Under the pieces are notes generated by a model. That model saw only the letters and a list, made by a program, of their open reading frames with translations. It was not told where the DNA came from and did not search any database. Of a stretch of DNA of 64,000 nt, positions 49,474 to 58,989 are shown one piece after another (positions within the stretch are counted from its first letter, which is position 1; every line of letters starts with the position of its first letter). Position numbers and translations under genes: made by a program. Source of the stretch: an uncultured bacterium (GTDB lineage Bacteria; Chlamydiota; Chlamydiia; Chlamydiales; JAJFMA01); assembly GCA_964436955.1 (NCBI GenBank), contig CAYTFC010000003.1, positions 4,159 through 68,158 of the forward strand, given 5' to 3'.

Positions 49474-51444
49474 TTAGTATGCTTTTGCCAACTTGGGTTG
49501 GAGAAGCGTTGTAGACCCAGGCCCGACTGGGAGTAGTTTTGGGTGCTGTCTATCAATGAACCAATGATACCACAGTTCGAAATTGGCGAAATACAATAGC
49601 CGGCGAGCGGCTCGTGTAGTACCAGATCTGTCATTGAGCACGTCTTCTAGAGCCGAGCGCTTAAAGACAGCTCGCTCTTTAAGCTGCTCCACTCGCTTTC
49701 GCAACACCTGCTCTATTGATCCGGTAATAAAGTCGGCTTCTGGTATGCCAAAGCCCTTTTTCTTCATTTCCAAGCAGGAAGGATGGATGTATTTTGCACT
49801 TAGTTTTCGTAAAAGATACTTGGATTGATCTTTACGCCATTTCAAATGGGTGGGTAAGCGGAAGCAGAATTCCACCAAGTCGCGATCTAGATAGGGAAAC
49901 CTGCCCTCTATATGAAACCGCATCAAAAACCTGTCTGAGGTATGATTGTGATGAGTTCCTATATAGAATTTCATGTCTGCATAAGACAAAGCTTGGAATG
50001 AGTCCGTGAACTTTTTTAGATCTGGCGAAGCGCTTCTGATAGCTGCTAGTGCATCAATATTATCGTCTAAAAGATTATCTGCAAAGACGCTCGCGGGATT
50101 TTCATAAAGGTAGGAAGCAAAGAGTCTTCTAAAGATATCAAAGGGATCACTACTTTCCATGATTCGCGCAGCGGTTGTAAGGCGACCTTTTCGAGGGATA
50201 AAAGGTGCCAAAAAGGAAAGATGCTTCAACCATGGCCAATGTTGCTGGAGGTTTCTGTAGTATCCATACCCTCCCATCAATTCATCCGGTCCAAGTCCGT
50301 TTAAAATAACGCGAATTCCATGTTTTGAGATATTTTGTGCAATGGGGTAGTGTGGTTCTAAAGCTCCAATAGGTTCTTCAAATACCCATAGCATATCATC
50401 CAGAGAACCCATTAAGTCTTCTTTGCGAAACCTTGTAATGGTATGTGACAAGTTATGCATTTTTGCAGTTGCATGCGCCTGATCCAGTTCACTCAGGGAA
50501 TCAAGCGCTGTGTCATATGCCAATGTAAAGGCTCGGATAGTCGGGTGCATACTTGCAGCTATCGCCGTCATGGTTGTGGAATCTAACCCACCGCTCATGA
50601 GTGTCCCTACTTCCACATCAGCGATCAAGCATCTCTTGATAGCTTGATGAAGAAGCTCTTCGTAACGCTCTAAAGCCTTTTCTTCGCTAATGTCCAGCTG
50701 CTGACCTACTGGCAAATCCCAGTATTGAACAATTTGCTTTGAACCAACAGCTCTACCACTTAAGTAATGGCCAGGAGATAGCGCAAAGGCATCTTTGTAA
50801 GAGGTAGATGGCCTGGGAGAGCCCTGAAAAGCTATTCCTAAACAGAGTCCATTCCAGTTCGGTTTTGGATCGTAAAGGCCAGAAGCAATCAGAGTTGTCA
50901 TGTCCGAAGCAAAGACAAAGGAGCTCTCTCTTTGGTGATAGTATAACGGTTTTATTCCGATACAATCCCTAGCAATAAAAATAGAACGCTCCACAGCATC
51001 ATAAATGGCAAAGGCATACATGCCGCGAAATTTATCCAGTGCGTTATTACCCCATTGAAGATAGGCCTTTAGAACGACTTCGGTATCCGAGTCGCTGTAG
51101 AAATCCCATCCATGGCTTTCAAGTTCAGTACGAATCTCCAAAAAATTGTAGACCTCGCCATTGTACGTAAGCCAAAAGCGTCCTGAAGAAGCAGACATTG
51201 GCTGCGCTGCGCGATCGCTCAGATCGATAATTTTTAGGCGCGTATGCAGCAATGCGCCGAATACTAACGTATTGGGGTCTATCGCTTCGTTGAATGATGA
51301 AACCGTGCCTTGATTTGTGAAGAATACCCACCCTTGACCATCAGGACCACGGTCATAAAGAGTGCTTAAACAGCGTTGAGCCATCGCCAATGCCAGAGTA
51401 AAAGGCAGAGGATTGTCCAGAAAGAAGCCGGCAATACCACACAT
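49474..51444 (-). CDS. asparagine synthase (glutamine-hydrolysing)-family amidotransferase
   Basis: MCGIAGFF Ntn-Cys start, PP-loop LMSGGLDST; 656 aa. Confidence 0.9.
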   Translation of the reverse strand: MCGIAGFFLDNPLPFTLALAMAQRCLSTLYDRGPDGQGWVFFTNQGTVSSFNEAIDPNTLVFGALLHTRLKIIDLSDRAAQPMSASSGRFWLTYNGEVYNFLEIRTELESHGWDFYSDSDTEVVLKAYLQWGNNALDKFRGMYAFAIYDAVERSIFIARDCIGIKPLYYHQRESSFVFASDMTTLIASGLYDPKPNWNGLCLGIAFQGSPRPSTSYKDAFALSPGHYLSGRAVGSKQIVQYWDLPVGQQLDISEEKALERYEELLHQAIKRCLIADVEVGTLMSGGLDSTTMTAIAASMHPTIRAFTLAYDTALDSLSELDQAHATAKMHNLSHTITRFRKEDLMGSLDDMLWVFEEPIGALEPHYPIAQNISKHGIRVILNGLGPDELMGGYGYYRNLQQHWPWLKHLSFLAPFIPRKGRLTTAARIMESSDPFDIFRRLFASYLYENPASVFADNLLDDNIDALAAIRSASPDLKKFTDSFQALSYADMKFYIGTHHNHTSDRFLMRFHIEGRFPYLDRDLVEFCFRLPTHLKWRKDQSKYLLRKLSAKYIHPSCLEMKKKGFGIPEADFITGSIEQVLRKRVEQLKERAVFKRSALEDVLNDRSGTTRAARRLLYFANFELWYHWFIDRQHPKLLPVGPGSTTLLQPKLAKAY

Positions 51445-51463
51445 ACTTTTTTACTCCTATTGG

Positions 51464-52534
51464 CTAAGTCAATGATAATCCCTTAAAAAAGCTTCGAAAT
51501 TCCTGAAACACTAGTTCTGGGTGCAAGGCCCACAGGCATGCATGATCGGTGCAATCGACAGCATTCTTAAATCGGCTGGTATTTCTTCCTACCCAAACAT
51601 TACAAGGTCCACAAGAAGGGTTAGAGGAAACATCTCGATGCATTTTAGGATTTAGCCACTCATAGCCAAATTGACTGGGGCTTGAACCACCCCAAACAAT
51701 GAAGGTGGGCTTCTTAAGGGAAGCAGCAATATGCATTAAACCGCTATCATGTCCAACAAGAACACTGCTTTGTTTAATAATATTCATAACCTCACTCAGA
51801 TTTGTCTTCCCAACTAGAGATGCTACCCCAGGAATATTCTCCTGCATAATTATTTGAGCATTGATCTGCTCGTTTTTATCGCCCAGTAAAATAAACTGAT
51901 GGCTTCGAAAGGCTTTTGATGCCATTTTGAGCCACTCTATCCAGTATTCTAATGGCCACGTTTTAAAGGCAAAAAGGTTATTCGCCGCGGTAGGCTGAAT
52001 GGCAATATAGGGCAAAGTTGTGTCTATGGAAGTAGGCTGCGCGGTTGAAAAACATCTTGCTATAGTATCCTCTGAAAATGCCATCATATCAGGCAACATA
52101 TCGTCATTTGTGGCATGGGGGACGCTAAGGCGCAGATTTTGAATTGCAGCATGAATACCTGTTGCGGGTGGTTGAGTAGTAGCATTTGCTCCTAGAAGCA
52201 GCCACAGTCTTTTTCCTTCTAGGGTGCCGATGATTTTGCGTCCTATCAATCGAGAGGTGAGGATGTTTTCCTTCGTTGCAGCTAGATAGCTGAGATAGAC
52301 TTCGTCAAACGCTTTATAGTTGTCTTTTACCAGACCAAATAGCGAGGCCATTGAGTCTTGGATAGAAATGGCGTTATCTAAAAGGCCGGTATCTTTGAAT
52401 AATACATCAGAGAAGTATTGCGATTGAAATATACCGGTGACGATACGCCCAGTTGCCTTTAGATTTTTTAATAAAGGAATCATGAGCAACGCATCGCCAA
52501 GTCCGGCGTTAATGTAGACAGCAGCTCGTATCAC
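51464..52534 (-). CDS. glycosyltransferase family 9 (LPS heptosyltransferase-type)
   Basis: GLGDALLMIPLLKNLK N-terminus, VGHDSGLMHIAASLKKPTFIVWGG C-terminal motif; GTG start. Confidence 0.8.
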   Translation of the reverse strand: MIRAAVYINAGLGDALLMIPLLKNLKATGRIVTGIFQSQYFSDVLFKDTGLLDNAISIQDSMASLFGLVKDNYKAFDEVYLSYLAATKENILTSRLIGRKIIGTLEGKRLWLLLGANATTQPPATGIHAAIQNLRLSVPHATNDDMLPDMMAFSEDTIARCFSTAQPTSIDTTLPYIAIQPTAANNLFAFKTWPLEYWIEWLKMASKAFRSHQFILLGDKNEQINAQIIMQENIPGVASLVGKTNLSEVMNIIKQSSVLVGHDSGLMHIAASLKKPTFIVWGGSSPSQFGYEWLNPKMHRDVSSNPSCGPCNVWVGRNTSRFKNAVDCTDHACLWALHPELVFQEFRSFFKGLSLT

Positions 52535-52599
52535 AGTAAAATCCAGAATTTAGTATTGTGGAAACTCTAGCATAATGTGAAATTTGATGTGTAGAGGTT

Positions 52600-52705
52600 A
52601 GACCCTGATTGCTACCCAATGCAGTCAACTTAAAATAAACCTTTGTTAATGCCGCTTCGCCGAAGTGGTATTAACAAAGGTTTATTTTAAGTTGACAGCA
52701 TTGGG
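52600..52705. repeat. 91-nt hairpin palindrome (element E) plus flanking 17-mer, in a divergent promoter region
   Basis: 45-nt arms 52615-52659 / 52661-52705 with 3 mismatches (two are G:T); core GCCGCTTCGCCGAAGTGG related to element D. Confidence 0.85.
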
Positions 52706-52755
52706 TGGCAAGTCGGGTTTAAAGCTTGGGCATCGATAATTCCAAGCCGATCACC

Positions 52756-52784
52756 TTGTCAAAAATAAGTTATTTCAATATTGT
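52756..52784 (+). promoter_or_regulatory. promoter candidate (TTGTCA - 17 nt - TATTGT) for the 52820 gene
   Basis: Hexamers at 52756-52761 and 52779-52784; the implied start site lies downstream of TTG 52781, which supports ATG 52820. Confidence 0.35.
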
Positions 52785-52819
52785 GCAGTGCAGTTTTTCA
52801 TAACCGAAGGCAGGCAACC

Positions 52820-54370
52820 ATGTATCAACTTATAAACAAAATGGACTTCGAAGCTATCAGATTTCGGGGCCTTCTAGTAGTGGGTTGGGCCTTATTTGGC
52901 GCTTTTGTGGCGACATATTTGCTTTATTGGTACAGCGTTGGTGGCGATGCTTCTATCTACCTGCCTTATGCTAAGTGGATGTTCCATTCTCCATTTAGTT
53001 ATGGTGTTAGAGGCAATATCGCGTATGGAGCATCTTCTCCCCTTTGGGCCTTATTTATCTCGGTTTTCTATAGTCCTTCTGACACGGTATACTTGTACAG
53101 TTTAAAGGTCGCCAATTTAGCACTATTCCTTGGTTCAATTGTGATCCTCACCAAGAGCCTAAAGGTGCCTTTTTTACCGTTGTTTTTCTTAATCACAGTG
53201 AATGTCTCGGGTGTTTTCGAGTTTTTTCTGCTTTATGAAAATGCTCTTATCTTGTTTTGGATTGCCCTCGTGGTGCATTGCATTTGCAAGAACGACGTGC
53301 GTCGTTTACTTTGGGTAACTGCATTTTTACCTTTGGTTCGTGGTGAATTTGTGTTTATTCAGGTGGCTTGTCTGTATGCCTTCAGAAGGGAAATTCACAT
53401 TAAGCACCTATTATGGCAATGCGTGCCCTTTGGTCTTTATGCTGGTTACATGTTTTTTAATACGGATTCTCTTATCCCTTCGAGTGTGTTGACGCAAATT
53501 TTGAAAAACCGTCTTGCCTCACTAGAGCGTACTGACCGTCATTGGATACTCCAAATACTGGCAAATCTGTTCAACAATCCATACGCGTTAGCCTATCTGA
53601 TTTTTCTCACTGTCGCTGGTCTTTGCAAGGTTCCGCGAATGGAAAAGCTCTTTAGCGTATGCTTCTGGTCTTTGCTAGCAATGTTTCTTGTTGCAATACT
53701 ATTGCAACCATCGCTTCGATATAGTTCGGAGTTCTTTTCGCTTGGCAGTATTGCCTGTGCCGTTTACTTGCATCATTTTCTGGCGAAGAATCGTCTGCCC
53801 GACTCATCTTTAGTATTTTCCGCAGTTATCGTGATTATGTTTTTTACTTGGACGAACCTCTTCTTCCAGGAGTTTAAAGCCAGAAAGGAAAACTCTGAAG
53901 GACTTGCTTCTACATGGTACAGTCGCACAGTGCCCGATATGGCAAATATTCTTAATCAAGTAATGCTACCTGATGATAAAGTCCTCATCTATGAAATTCA
54001 GGGTCAGTATCACTTGAATCAACGTGCAGTATCTATGGACGGAGTAGTCGGCGGACAAGCTACGCCATATTTATTGATGGGAATCAAGGCTGGTAAACCC
54101 ACCATGGATGCTAGTTATGCAGATTTCATAGAGCAGCACCAGTATTTAGTATTAGGTCATGGTACGGGCGGAACTCTTTTCAAGGGAACAGCATACGATT
54201 TTCTAAATGACACTTGCGAGACATTAAATGTCGGAGATCATTGTCGCTATGGATCTTTGATCTTCACGAAGATAGCACAAAACCCTCGTTGGACAACAAA
54301 GGGGCAAAAGATAGACGAAACGTGGCGATCAATTTTTAAGATCGACCATGCTTCCCAAACAGCTGACTAA
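52820..54370 (+). CDS. polytopic membrane protein, GT-C / ArnT- or O-antigen-polymerase-like (function uncertain)
   Basis: ~10-12 hydrophobic helices over the first ~360 aa, then a ~150-aa soluble C-terminal domain; located in the glycan island. Confidence 0.55.
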   Translation: MYQLINKMDFEAIRFRGLLVVGWALFGAFVATYLLYWYSVGGDASIYLPYAKWMFHSPFSYGVRGNIAYGASSPLWALFISVFYSPSDTVYLYSLKVANLALFLGSIVILTKSLKVPFLPLFFLITVNVSGVFEFFLLYENALILFWIALVVHCICKNDVRRLLWVTAFLPLVRGEFVFIQVACLYAFRREIHIKHLLWQCVPFGLYAGYMFFNTDSLIPSSVLTQILKNRLASLERTDRHWILQILANLFNNPYALAYLIFLTVAGLCKVPRMEKLFSVCFWSLLAMFLVAILLQPSLRYSSEFFSLGSIACAVYLHHFLAKNRLPDSSLVFSAVIVIMFFTWTNLFFQEFKARKENSEGLASTWYSRTVPDMANILNQVMLPDDKVLIYEIQGQYHLNQRAVSMDGVVGGQATPYLLMGIKAGKPTMDASYADFIEQHQYLVLGHGTGGTLFKGTAYDFLNDTCETLNVGDHCRYGSLIFTKIAQNPRWTTKGQKIDETWRSIFKIDHASQTAD

Positions 54371-54453
54371 GATTCCATATAGTCCCAAAAAATTGTTGCG
54401 CATCAAAATTCCCAGGGCTATCGTGAACGGCACCTAAACGATGAGGACACCAT

Positions 54454-55050
54454 ATGACACTTGCTAACTATAACTCCCATATTGTCAATACTCTTAATAA
54501 TACCGAAGTAACCCATCGCCAACAAGCCGTGGAGCTGCAAGATGGTCTTTCGCAACTGCTTGCACAAATGCAGTTGGTTAAACAGAATACCCGTAAGGTA
54601 ATTCTCATTGGTAATGGTGGTAGCGCGGCGATAGCCAGTCATATCGCCACTGACTTTTGGAAGCGTGGTGGTATTCGCGCCATAGCATTCAGTGATGCAT
54701 CATTGATTACTTGTGTCAGCAATGACTTTTCGTATGCGGAAGTTTACAGCAAACCTATAGCGCAGTTTGCTGATGAGCACGATCTACTCATCGCCATAAG
54801 CAGCAGCGGAAATTCAGAGAACATTCTTAATGCGGTGAAGGAAGCTAAAAAACAAGGTTGCATTACAGTAACGCTATCAGGATTTTCTTCTGCTAATCTT
54901 CTTAGAACTCTTGGTGATATCAACTTCTACGTTCCTGGAAAAGATTATGGCTGTGTGGAAATTGGACACCTCATCCTTCTTCACTATCTCATCGACTCGT
55001 TTTTGACTCAGCAGGTTACCCGAGTTAGCGCTGGCTTAGCTGCCACATAG
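54454..55050 (+). CDS. gmhA: D-sedoheptulose 7-phosphate isomerase (SIS domain, GmhA type)
   Basis: VILIGNGGSAAIASHIATDF, LLIAISSSGNSENILNAVKEAK align by eye to E. coli GmhA; 198 aa. Confidence 0.8.
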   Translation: MTLANYNSHIVNTLNNTEVTHRQQAVELQDGLSQLLAQMQLVKQNTRKVILIGNGGSAAIASHIATDFWKRGGIRAIAFSDASLITCVSNDFSYAEVYSKPIAQFADEHDLLIAISSSGNSENILNAVKEAKKQGCITVTLSGFSSANLLRTLGDINFYVPGKDYGCVEIGHLILLHYLIDSFLTQQVTRVSAGLAAT

Positions 55051-55068
55051 TAATTTTACACACTTTGG

Positions 55069-56616
55069 TCAATGAACGAACTTGTGAATGGTGTCTCGCA
55101 AGGGTATATCTGAGAATAGTAATTTGTAATGTGCCATTGTGTGCCTTGGAACCAACAATGGACGTAGCAGATCTAGACTGGTTAGCTTCGGTATCATATT
55201 TAGCGATATGGAATGCGCTATACCCTCTTCAACGATGTCGATGAATTGAAAAGGCGTTTCAAGATACCAAATGGGCTTATTGCAGCTCATTAATTCATAT
55301 GCCAAGGTTGTTTGGGTACAAGCAATGACATCAATTTTGGATAGAGAAGATTCATCCAATACGTCGATGCCCTTGAGCTGTGGTCTTATATCATCATCAT
55401 ACACATCTGTATCGGCATCCTTTGTCCCTGGTGCAGGGGGGCGTTGTTTAACATAGACATGCCAACCCAATGCAAGAAAGGCCCTCATATAGGCAGATAT
55501 TGCTTTGTTATCTGATAAAAACTCATAGGGAATAAGGACAGACAAGTTTGTGCGTTCTAAGGGCTTTAGTGAAGGCCAAGGCTTGTGAGAAATATTGTTT
55601 CTTAAATGGCCTCCAACAACGATTTGATGTGGCAAATATTTATTGGAATGCTCAATGAGCACATCCCTCCAGTAATCGCCCCAAACAATAAGAGTGTTGG
55701 AGACCACATTGCAGTATTCTCTGGGAATTCCCGGTGCAATCCACCCAGCGTGGTACTTTGTGAAAAGGCCATGTTGGAAGGTAACTATAGGAATGCTCTT
55801 CACTTTGCAGGCTATTAAATAGCCCAATGCTGATTCCAACTGATCATATCCAAGCACTAATTTTGAGGGGATTGCTTTAGGGCTATCACAAAATGACTTT
55901 GCCTCTGCTACCGCATCATAGCATCGTCGATTGATCGCATTCAAAAGCAAGAAAAACTCATTTTCGGAAAGGTAGGAATGCAAAAACGGTGCGGAAGCGT
56001 AGTCTACGGAAGGGGCAACTGGATATTTCCAAGCTTTTTTACCAATGCAAAGGGAAGACCTACTTTGCAACCAGTTTAACATGCCTCTGCTGGTATGGAG
56101 GTGATCCAAGCGTGTATATGTATGGGTTTCCTTTAGTATGTTCTTCAAATGCCTATAGCGAAAACCGTCCTCGCCATCATCGTACACAACGATTGCTTGT
56201 GCCTTTGGGGATAGAGCACGAGCCACACTTGTACCGAAATTGTAAACACAACGTTCAATAAAGCTTCTTTTGCGATGAAGAATATCCCACAAGGCTTGCA
56301 TCCCTCTTGCGGCTGCATATGGCTGAGGGGGAAATTTGAGTTGATGTCCTCGACAAGCGGCCCAAGCCTCTTGATGCCATACAAGTGGTACGCATACACT
56401 CCAGAACAAAAATTCTTGAAATGCAGGTAGTAAGTAGTAGCCTTTATATTGCCAGCTTGCATAAAGGGGAATACCGGTGGGGGTCTTTAGGTTATTGATT
56501 TGTAGGAGCAGGTCTTTAGCTCTAGCTAGATCAAAACTGGGATGAAACGTGCGTACACCGCCTGGAAGACCTGCGATCACAACTTCTTCATTTTTCCTTT
56601 CAATAATTGAAAGCAA
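55069..56616 (-). CDS. hypothetical protein, last gene of the carrier-protein operon (possible Rossmann/GT-B-like transferase)
   Basis: 515-aa soluble ORF, alternating beta-alpha-looking segments (IPIVTFQHG, LIVWGDYW, LSVLIPYEF); no motif I can name. Confidence 0.55.
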   Translation of the reverse strand: MLSIIERKNEEVVIAGLPGGVRTFHPSFDLARAKDLLLQINNLKTPTGIPLYASWQYKGYYLLPAFQEFLFWSVCVPLVWHQEAWAACRGHQLKFPPQPYAAARGMQALWDILHRKRSFIERCVYNFGTSVARALSPKAQAIVVYDDGEDGFRYRHLKNILKETHTYTRLDHLHTSRGMLNWLQSRSSLCIGKKAWKYPVAPSVDYASAPFLHSYLSENEFFLLLNAINRRCYDAVAEAKSFCDSPKAIPSKLVLGYDQLESALGYLIACKVKSIPIVTFQHGLFTKYHAGWIAPGIPREYCNVVSNTLIVWGDYWRDVLIEHSNKYLPHQIVVGGHLRNNISHKPWPSLKPLERTNLSVLIPYEFLSDNKAISAYMRAFLALGWHVYVKQRPPAPGTKDADTDVYDDDIRPQLKGIDVLDESSLSKIDVIACTQTTLAYELMSCNKPIWYLETPFQFIDIVEEGIAHSISLNMIPKLTSLDLLRPLLVPRHTMAHYKLLFSDIPLRDTIHKFVH

Positions 56617-56631
56617 GGCAACCAGCTCCTT

Positions 56632-57984
56632 TTATGAACGACGCGTTCTTTTATGTCTTATTGTTGGTAGCATATCATATGAAACGATCACTCGTACAGG
56701 AACCATAAATTTAGGTAATCGCTTTAGGCAATAGTGGCGAATAGCGCTGGGCAAGTCTATTTTGGATTCACGATTTGCGGGTAGTACTTTAACTGCAACG
56801 ATTTGGCCAAGGATGGCATTTGCTTCACCATAAGCCATAACATCAGCAACCTCAGACATTTGACGGATAACGTTCTCAACATCGAGCGGATTTACTTTTT
56901 CTCCACCCACATTGATCACATCACTAGCTCTTCCCTTAATGCGCAACAACGCTTCTGATTCTTCCACGATATCTCCGGTAATATACCAACCATCTTCAGT
57001 TAATGGTGTGGAGGCATTTAGATAGCCCAACATCATGTTGGGACTATAGACCTCTAATATTCCGTTGCGTACGCGAATTTGATGTTCCTCGCCTCCCATA
57101 CGCATCCATAGTGAATCGGAGCTTTCTGAGGCAGTTCTAAGCACTCCTAATTCAGTGGTAGCGTAGGTTTGTGTGAGTTTTATATGAGGGTAGATTTGGT
57201 GAAAGCGTTTTAGCGTGGTTTGTGGCATAGGCTCTGCGCCATAGGATATCTTTCGTAGTGAACTCAGCAGATGTCGCTCGTATGCACCGCTCAATAGCAC
57301 CAAGTTTAGAAATGATGGAGAGGTAGGTAGTAGGGTCACTTGATGCTTTTCGATAGCCTCAAGAATGCCATCTGGAGTTCTCAGCGAAGGAATGACCAAA
57401 CAACCGCAGTTATAGAGGCAGTAGAGCAAGGTGTCGAATCCACCTAAATGATCAAGCGTTAAAAAGGCCAAGATGCGTTCGTGTTTGGCTACAATACGTG
57501 CGCCTTTTGCTAATAGCTTGTAGGTGTCATGTACAGCACCTTTTGGATTTCCTGAAATGCCAGAGGTGAATAGCACTAATCCTGGATGACAATTGTGTCT
57601 GAGTTGTTGATAAAGAGCATTTTCCGAGGTGGCAGATTTGATGGCATGCGTGCGCGTCTGCTGTTCGTCTATTTTCACGATGTGCTGAGGAGCGGCGATG
57701 CTTAAATACTCTTCGCGTATAGGGTTATTCAGCTGAGAGAAGGGAATGACAATAGCTCCAAGACGCCACAGTGCTAGTAGGGCAGCGATCCCGGAAGGAG
57801 AATAATCTGCTTCCAATAGAACGACTTCACCAGCACAGATCAGCTCGTTTGTCAGCCAAACCTCCCAAACCGTGATTTGATCGATGATCCAAGCATATGA
57901 ATAGGTGACTTCCTGCCAAATGACCGCGTCTTGATGACGATGCAGATGCATCTTTTGAATGAGATGTTTTATTGGATTGTCCAC
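56632..57984 (-). CDS. adenylate-forming (ANL superfamily) acyl/aminoacyl ligase
   Basis: LFTSGISGNPKGA (A3), YATTELG (A5), WYITGD (A7), GRASDVINVGGEKV (A8); 450 aa, DltA/AlmE-like size. Confidence 0.85.
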   Translation of the reverse strand: MDNPIKHLIQKMHLHRHQDAVIWQEVTYSYAWIIDQITVWEVWLTNELICAGEVVLLEADYSPSGIAALLALWRLGAIVIPFSQLNNPIREEYLSIAAPQHIVKIDEQQTRTHAIKSATSENALYQQLRHNCHPGLVLFTSGISGNPKGAVHDTYKLLAKGARIVAKHERILAFLTLDHLGGFDTLLYCLYNCGCLVIPSLRTPDGILEAIEKHQVTLLPTSPSFLNLVLLSGAYERHLLSSLRKISYGAEPMPQTTLKRFHQIYPHIKLTQTYATTELGVLRTASESSDSLWMRMGGEEHQIRVRNGILEVYSPNMMLGYLNASTPLTEDGWYITGDIVEESEALLRIKGRASDVINVGGEKVNPLDVENVIRQMSEVADVMAYGEANAILGQIVAVKVLPANRESKIDLPSAIRHYCLKRLPKFMVPVRVIVSYDMLPTIRHKRTRRS

Positions 57985-57989
57985 GCGTC

Positions 57990-58688
57990 TTAGATACCGC
58001 CTAAAAAGATGATCTGGCCGGTAATAAAGTTACTTTCCTTTCTCAGAAAAAAGTCGATGACGTTAGAAACATCTTCAAATTCGCCAAAACGCTTTATTGC
58101 TTGGCGGGAAAGAAGTTCGTCTATCTTAGCTTTAGGGACCGTATTGACAAGGTCGGTTTTGATCGGATTCGGTCCCACCGCATTTACCGTAATTCCATAA
58201 GATCCTAGTTCGCGGGCAAGAATCTGCGTAAAGCTGTCCACAGCCGCTTTTGACGCGGCGTATATGGTTTCTCCTTCGAGTTTGAGTGGAGTGGCTACTG
58301 AACTAAAGTTCACGATTCGCCCGAAGTTACCCTTTTTCATCAGCTTCGCGGCTTCACGACAACAAATTAAGGCGCCCACAACATTTGTCTCTAAAATGGA
58401 CCGTATCGTGCTTGTCGGAGTGAGCAGAATGTGGTTCATAGAACCGATGCCTGCATTATTTAATAGCACATCGAGTCTGCCAAATTGTTTGCGAATGCTG
58501 CTGAAAACCTCCAGCATTGCCGATTCATCAGAAATATCTGCTTCAAAGTGCGAGTAGCCATTGATAGAAGCGCTAAAACATCCTCGACTTACGCCAACAA
58601 CTCGATAGCCTTTTGCAACGTAGTAGTCGACCAAGTAGCGGCCAATGCCCTTTCGAGTACCCGTAATGAGCATTACTGGTCTATCCAT
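57990..58688 (-). CDS. SDR-family oxidoreductase (FabG-like)
   Basis: VMLITGTRKGIGRYL, NNAG, YAASKAA (YxxxK); ATG 58688 overlaps the carrier-protein stop (ATGGATAG). Confidence 0.85.
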   Translation of the reverse strand: MDRPVMLITGTRKGIGRYLVDYYVAKGYRVVGVSRGCFSASINGYSHFEADISDESAMLEVFSSIRKQFGRLDVLLNNAGIGSMNHILLTPTSTIRSILETNVVGALICCREAAKLMKKGNFGRIVNFSSVATPLKLEGETIYAASKAAVDSFTQILARELGSYGITVNAVGPNPIKTDLVNTVPKAKIDELLSRQAIKRFGEFEDVSNVIDFFLRKESNFITGQIIFLGGI

Positions 58689-58989
58689 GCTTTGTCTTCT
58701 CTCGAACAAGATCTAAAGAATAGTCAGTTAGCGTTTGCACGCTCCTAAAAGGGGTATGCTTCATTGATAACGCGCGATCGTTAGCCAATACAATTTTGAT
58801 GCCGGTTTTGTCTTCGATTCTGTGTTCGATGTCGACAATTAGGGTAACAAGATCCAAGGAATCCAGCTTGGAATTCATTCCATACAATAACGCAGAGGGT
58901 TCATTTGTGATCTTGTGGTCCGCAGCGAGCTGCGAATTAAGTTCATCGATTGACTCAGAGATGGCTTCTTTAACTTGCAAATCATGCAT
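58681..58989 (-). CDS. acyl/peptidyl carrier protein
   Basis: 102 aa, acidic, phosphopantetheine-attachment motif GMNSKLDSLDLVTLI. Confidence 0.8.
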   Translation of the reverse strand: MHDLQVKEAISESIDELNSQLAADHKITNEPSALLYGMNSKLDSLDLVTLIVDIEHRIEDKTGIKIVLANDRALSMKHTPFRSVQTLTDYSLDLVREKTKHG

